NCBI GenBank assembly: GCA_040217195.1
Contig: JAVJNR010000008.1
Span: 288,001 to 352,000 of the forward strand
Origin: Leptospiraceae bacterium
GTDB lineage: Bacteria > Spirochaetota > Leptospiria > Leptospirales > Leptonemataceae
Direction of reading: 5' to 3'
Length of the DNA: 64,000 bases
A program made the position numbers and the translations under genes. Position 1 is the stretch's first letter. Each line of letters opens with the position of its first letter. This document shows positions 60,134 through 64,000 of the stretch, piece by piece. The notes under the pieces were generated by a model that was not told the DNA's origin, did not search any database, and saw nothing but the letters and a program-made list of their open reading frames with translations.

Positions 60134-62051
60134 TTACCCGCTACTGGATCAGATCAATCTACCGGCCGATCTACGCAAATTTGGCGAAAAAGATCTGCCG
60201 GGGGTTTGCCAGGACGTAAGAGAATATATAATCGACACTCTTTCCGAGGTAGGGGGGCATTTTGCCTCCAACCTGGGCGTGGTGGAGCTCACCGTGGCTC
60301 TGCACTATGTTCTTAAGACGCCTCAGGATAAGCTGATCTGGGATGTGGGTCATCAAATCTATCCGCATAAGGTTTTGACCGGGCGCAAGGATCGACTGCG
60401 CACGGTGAGAAAGCGACATGGACTTTCCGGATTCCCCAAACGCGATGAATCCGAATATGATCTATATAACACTGGTCATGCTGGCACATCCATAAGTCAG
60501 GTACTGGGCGAAGCAGTAGCCCGAGACATTCAAGGATTAACCCATAAATGTGTGGCTGTGATCGGCGATGCCTCCATAGCATCGGGCATGGCTTTTGAAG
60601 CACTGAATCATGGCGGCCACGTAAAGAATGACTGTGTTGTAGTGCTCAACGACAACGATATGAGCATTTCCAGAAACGTAGGTGCTCTAAATCAATACCT
60701 GAATCGAATGCTCATCAGCTCACTCTATAATCGTTGGAGACGGATGTGGTATCGTTTTCTGGTCTGGCTTCCGGTTCTGGGTCCTGCCTTTAGGCTTTTT
60801 TCCCGGCGAATTGAAAGATCCATCAAAGATTTGCTCACCCCGGGCTCCTTATTCGAAGACTTTGGCTTTAGATACATAGGCCCAATCGACGGTCACGATG
60901 TAAATGAACTGGTCCGGGTGCTGCAGCGCACCCTGAAAATGAAAGGCCCCATACTGATTCATGCGCTGACTCAAAAAGGAAAGGGCTATCGACCGGCTGA
61001 AGAAAATCCAATTCGATATCATAGCGTTACTCTTTTCGATAGAAAGGATGGCTCCTTCAAAAAGGCACCGAGCAAGAAAATCGGTTTTAGCGATGTTGTG
61101 GGAAATACACTGCTGGAAATTTTCGAAACAAACAAAAAGGCAGTGGCTGTGACTCCTGCAATGATTGAAGGAAGCGGTCTGCGCAAGCTCTCTGAAACCT
61201 ATCCAGGTCGCGTCCATGACGTGGGAATTGCAGAACAACACTCTGTTTCCTATGCAGGAGCTCTGGCCTCCGGCGGCGCCATTCCCTTCATGTGTATCTA
61301 TTCCACTTTTCTGAACCGAGCTCTGGATCAGCTGATTCAGGATGTGGCTTTGATGAATTTTCCTGTTCGATTTGTTATCGATCGAGGTGGCTGCGTAGGC
61401 CCGGATGGAGAAACCCACCAGGGTCTGTATGATACAGGTATTCTATACACCATGCCCAACATGGCCATCTATGCGCCTGCTACAGGAGCCGAGCTAAAGG
61501 CTTTCTTGAAGTATGCGGAAACCTACGATGAAGGACCTATTGCCGTTCGATTTCCCAAGGCAGCCTGTGATCCGGATTCCGTGGATGAGCCTGTGAACAT
61601 TCTGGATCATGCGCCGGTAGTGCAGGGTCATGGTAAAGATGTGGCTCTCATTGCAGTGGGTGTAATGTGGGAGCAGGCTCTGGAAGCCGAAAAAATCCTG
61701 CGAAACGAACATGGAATACTCTCCACCGTTCTGGGGCTTCGCTGGATTCGACCGCTGGATATCCGGGCCCTGATCAATAGCCTGGAAGAAGTGGACGGAT
61801 TTGTATTTGTTGAAGATGCATACATCCATTGCAGTGCAAGTACGAATCTCCTGGAACAACTGCCGCAGGAAATAAAGGCTAAACATTTGCGTACCTTTGC
61901 ATTCCCTACAGAGTCCATTGATCATGGAACAAGGGAAGAGATAATGGATCAATATGAGCTCAGCGGCGCGAAGATTGCCGATGCAATACGTCAAATGCGC
62001 TACCCGGAAGGAAAAATCATATCGAGGGTTGCAGGAAGTTCCGAAGCATAA
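60126..62051 (+). CDS. dxs: 1-deoxy-D-xylulose-5-phosphate synthase
   Basis: GGHFASNLG, WDVGHQ, GHAGTS, IGD..LND, DVGIAEQH, DGETHQG. Confidence 0.97.
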   Translation: MSNYPLLDQINLPADLRKFGEKDLPGVCQDVREYIIDTLSEVGGHFASNLGVVELTVALHYVLKTPQDKLIWDVGHQIYPHKVLTGRKDRLRTVRKRHGLSGFPKRDESEYDLYNTGHAGTSISQVLGEAVARDIQGLTHKCVAVIGDASIASGMAFEALNHGGHVKNDCVVVLNDNDMSISRNVGALNQYLNRMLISSLYNRWRRMWYRFLVWLPVLGPAFRLFSRRIERSIKDLLTPGSLFEDFGFRYIGPIDGHDVNELVRVLQRTLKMKGPILIHALTQKGKGYRPAEENPIRYHSVTLFDRKDGSFKKAPSKKIGFSDVVGNTLLEIFETNKKAVAVTPAMIEGSGLRKLSETYPGRVHDVGIAEQHSVSYAGALASGGAIPFMCIYSTFLNRALDQLIQDVALMNFPVRFVIDRGGCVGPDGETHQGLYDTGILYTMPNMAIYAPATGAELKAFLKYAETYDEGPIAVRFPKAACDPDSVDEPVNILDHAPVVQGHGKDVALIAVGVMWEQALEAEKILRNEHGILSTVLGLRWIRPLDIRALINSLEEVDGFVFVEDAYIHCSASTNLLEQLPQEIKAKHLRTFAFPTESIDHGTREEIMDQYELSGAKIADAIRQMRYPEGKIISRVAGSSEA

Positions 62052-62067
62052 AGCAAGAAATTGCTTT

Positions 62068-62598
62068 ATGAGAACAGTACACCCAGCATCATTAGAAACC
62101 ATACAACAGGCCATGGACCTGGCAGCTCAGGGAAAGATGGAGCCTGCTGAATATTTTTTGTTAAGAGCCCATGAGATTGATCCGTCATCTTCAGTAGGAT
62201 GCGTCCTCGGATGGTTCTACGCGCAACAAATGAAAGACCAGGCTAAAGGCGACCATTATCTATTCAAAGCTGTACTTCAGGATCGAAGAAATGCAACTTC
62301 GACTCTGGAACTGGCAGTGTATCTATACGAAACTCATCGCCTGGATCGGGCCTGTGCCTGGTTTTATCGATGTCTGCGCTGCCCGGATAAGAAGGTCCAT
62401 CCTGTGGCCCTATATTTTCTGGCCAGAATCTACCAGCAATGGAATCGTCCGGAAAGATCATTGCGCTATTTGAATCTTGCTTTGAAGCTAAAACCGGATT
62501 TTGAAGCGGCCAATCGTTTCCTGAATCGATTGAAAAAGAGCGGCCTTGCAGAAAACTACACCTCGAATGACAGTAATCCCGGACAAATCCGGTTCTGA
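62068..62598 (+). CDS. TPR-repeat protein
   Basis: TPR-like helices (A..YL..A..LDP; YFLARIY..ALKLKPDF). Confidence 0.75.
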   Translation: MRTVHPASLETIQQAMDLAAQGKMEPAEYFLLRAHEIDPSSSVGCVLGWFYAQQMKDQAKGDHYLFKAVLQDRRNATSTLELAVYLYETHRLDRACAWFYRCLRCPDKKVHPVALYFLARIYQQWNRPERSLRYLNLALKLKPDFEAANRFLNRLKKSGLAENYTSNDSNPGQIRF

Positions 62599-64000
62599 TC
62601 CGTCGAGCCGCAATCTGAAAATTCCTTCAGCACTGAAGCAATCTTTTTCATCGCTTTCAGAACACATTCCCGGATTCCAGCTCCGTAACAGGCAGCTGGA
62701 ATTCGCCGCTTCCTGCCATAATACACTTACCAATTCCTCAACTTTGCTCATTGAAGCTGGAACCGGAATTGGTAAAACCCTGGGATACCTGATTCCACTC
62801 ATAGCCTATGCACGGCGTAACCAGGTACGGGTGGCCATCAGCACAGAAACCAGGAATTTGCAGCATCAGATTCTGCAGAAGGATCTACCCCTGGCCTTGA
62901 AGGCTCTGGGGCTTTCCAGCGAAGAATTCCGGGCAGAGGTATGCATGGGAGCTTCCAACTATCTCTGTATTCGAAGAATGCATCGAGTGGGAAAGGAGAT
63001 TCCTCCGGACCGAGCGGAAGAATATGAAAGACTGTTGAGTTTCCATTCCGAGACCAGCATAGCCATGCGAACCGAGGCACCGGTAAGTCCTCAACTCTGG
63101 AGCAAAGTGGGCAGGGATTCAGAAGACTGTCTGGGCCGAAAATGCATGTACTATGATCACTCGCCTTATTTTCTGGCCCGGGAACGTTGGCGTCAGGCTC
63201 ATTTGCTGATTATGAATCATAGTCTGCTGGCAGCGCACCTGGAGAGTAAAGGGCAACTGCTGCCGGAGTTCCATGCAATTGTGGTGGATGAGGCCCATGG
63301 AGTAGCAGAAACCATCAACCGTAGCCGGGTCATGCGAATGGGTCCGTCGGAGATGGATCAACTGGCCCGCACAGGTTTGATTCAAAATGCAGAGCTAATG
63401 CAGGCCACCGAAGGATTAAAGAAAGAATTGCAGCATGTCTTCCGCCTGGATCCTGGACATAGAGTGCGAATTCGAAAAGGGCTTCGTTTAAGTTTGCTTT
63501 CCGGTTTCATGGAAGCCTGTAGAAATACTCTTTCTATGGTGGAAGACCGGATGGAGCAAGAAGAGGATCTCTTTAGCGAAGATGAAGATCGGTTACAGTC
63601 GGAGAATATGCTGGAACTGCAATTTCAGAAGAATCGAATAAATGAAGGTATGCAGTTCTTTGATTCTTTATCCGTGGATGAAGGCGAAAACCATGTTCGA
63701 TGGGCTGAAGGTAATAAGGTCGGAATTGATCTGCATGCAGGTCCGGTCCAATCCTCAACGTTCATTCGGGAAAGATTGATTCAGGCCATGGATGCCACAA
63801 TTCTTTGCTCCGCCACATTGAAAACAGGCACAGACTTTAGCTTCATTCGTCAGGGACTGGGACTATCCACGGACCAGCAGCCAGCTGATTCCAGATCCAG
63901 TCGCAAAAGTGGCATGGACTCGGAGAATTCCGAAGAAGATGCATCGATTGAAGGCGCTGAAGGAAAGGATCGGGCCATTACACCGGCTGTATCGGAGCTG
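62567..64000 (+). CDS. DinG/YoaA-family ATP-dependent DNA helicase, 3'-truncated by window edge (missing from ORF track)
   Basis: Read by hand from ATG 62567: FQLRNRQ (Q motif), EAGTGIGKT, STETRNLQHQ..KDLP, NYLC, NHSLL, VVDEAH, CSATL. Confidence 0.9.
   Translation, partial: MTVIPDKSGSDPSSRNLKIPSALKQSFSSLSEHIPGFQLRNRQLEFAASCHNTLTNSSTLLIEAGTGIGKTLGYLIPLIAYARRNQVRVAISTETRNLQHQILQKDLPLALKALGLSSEEFRAEVCMGASNYLCIRRMHRVGKEIPPDRAEEYERLLSFHSETSIAMRTEAPVSPQLWSKVGRDSEDCLGRKCMYYDHSPYFLARERWRQAHLLIMNHSLLAAHLESKGQLLPEFHAIVVDEAHGVAETINRSRVMRMGPSEMDQLARTGLIQNAELMQATEGLKKELQHVFRLDPGHRVRIRKGLRLSLLSGFMEACRNTLSMVEDRMEQEEDLFSEDEDRLQSENMLELQFQKNRINEGMQFFDSLSVDEGENHVRWAEGNKVGIDLHAGPVQSSTFIRERLIQAMDATILCSATLKTGTDFSFIRQGLGLSTDQQPADSRSSRKSGMDSENSEEDASIEGAEGKDRAITPAVSEL

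Noticed and set aside
1..64000. CRISPR arrays, IS elements, prophage genes, and the many short overlapping ORFs in the track
   Set aside because: No repeat-spacer arrays, transposase, integrase or phage motifs seen; the short ORFs overlap well-supported genes and lack motifs.

Overview
About 50% GC, gene-dense chromosomal segment, most likely from a Leptospiraceae spirochaete (Leptonema/Leptospira-like). This is inferred from gene content and order recalled from Leptospira: secG followed by an FcpB-like secreted protein, a PAS kinase and a response regulator; trpA-CHASE2 cyclase-dxs; long-form IspG; a phasin-like protein; an RlpA lipoprotein. Most genes are housekeeping or lipid metabolism (epmA, hemH, gpmI, queF, pyrB, glpD, ispG, rnd, htrA, birA, coaX, trpA, dxs, DinG helicase, two acyl-CoA dehydrogenases), plus one tRNA-Pro(GGG). 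I saw no integrase, transposase, prophage or CRISPR array. The best candidate for an undescribed system is a three-gene operon (22711-27749): a small acidic disordered protein, a membrane-anchored FHA-like protein and a 1275-aa tubulin/FtsZ-like (Tubulin_2-type) GTPase with an inserted domain and internal repeats. Other points of interest are an orphan divergent DnaA paralog with degenerate DnaA-box-like repeats upstream, a catalytically eroded PGK homolog, a phasin-like gene flanked by three PhaR-type boxes, a candidate structured (6S-like) RNA, GlpD with a histone-H1-like tail, and a signal peptidase I with its catalytic Lys changed to Arg. All family assignments come from motif recognition by eye; no database searches were run.
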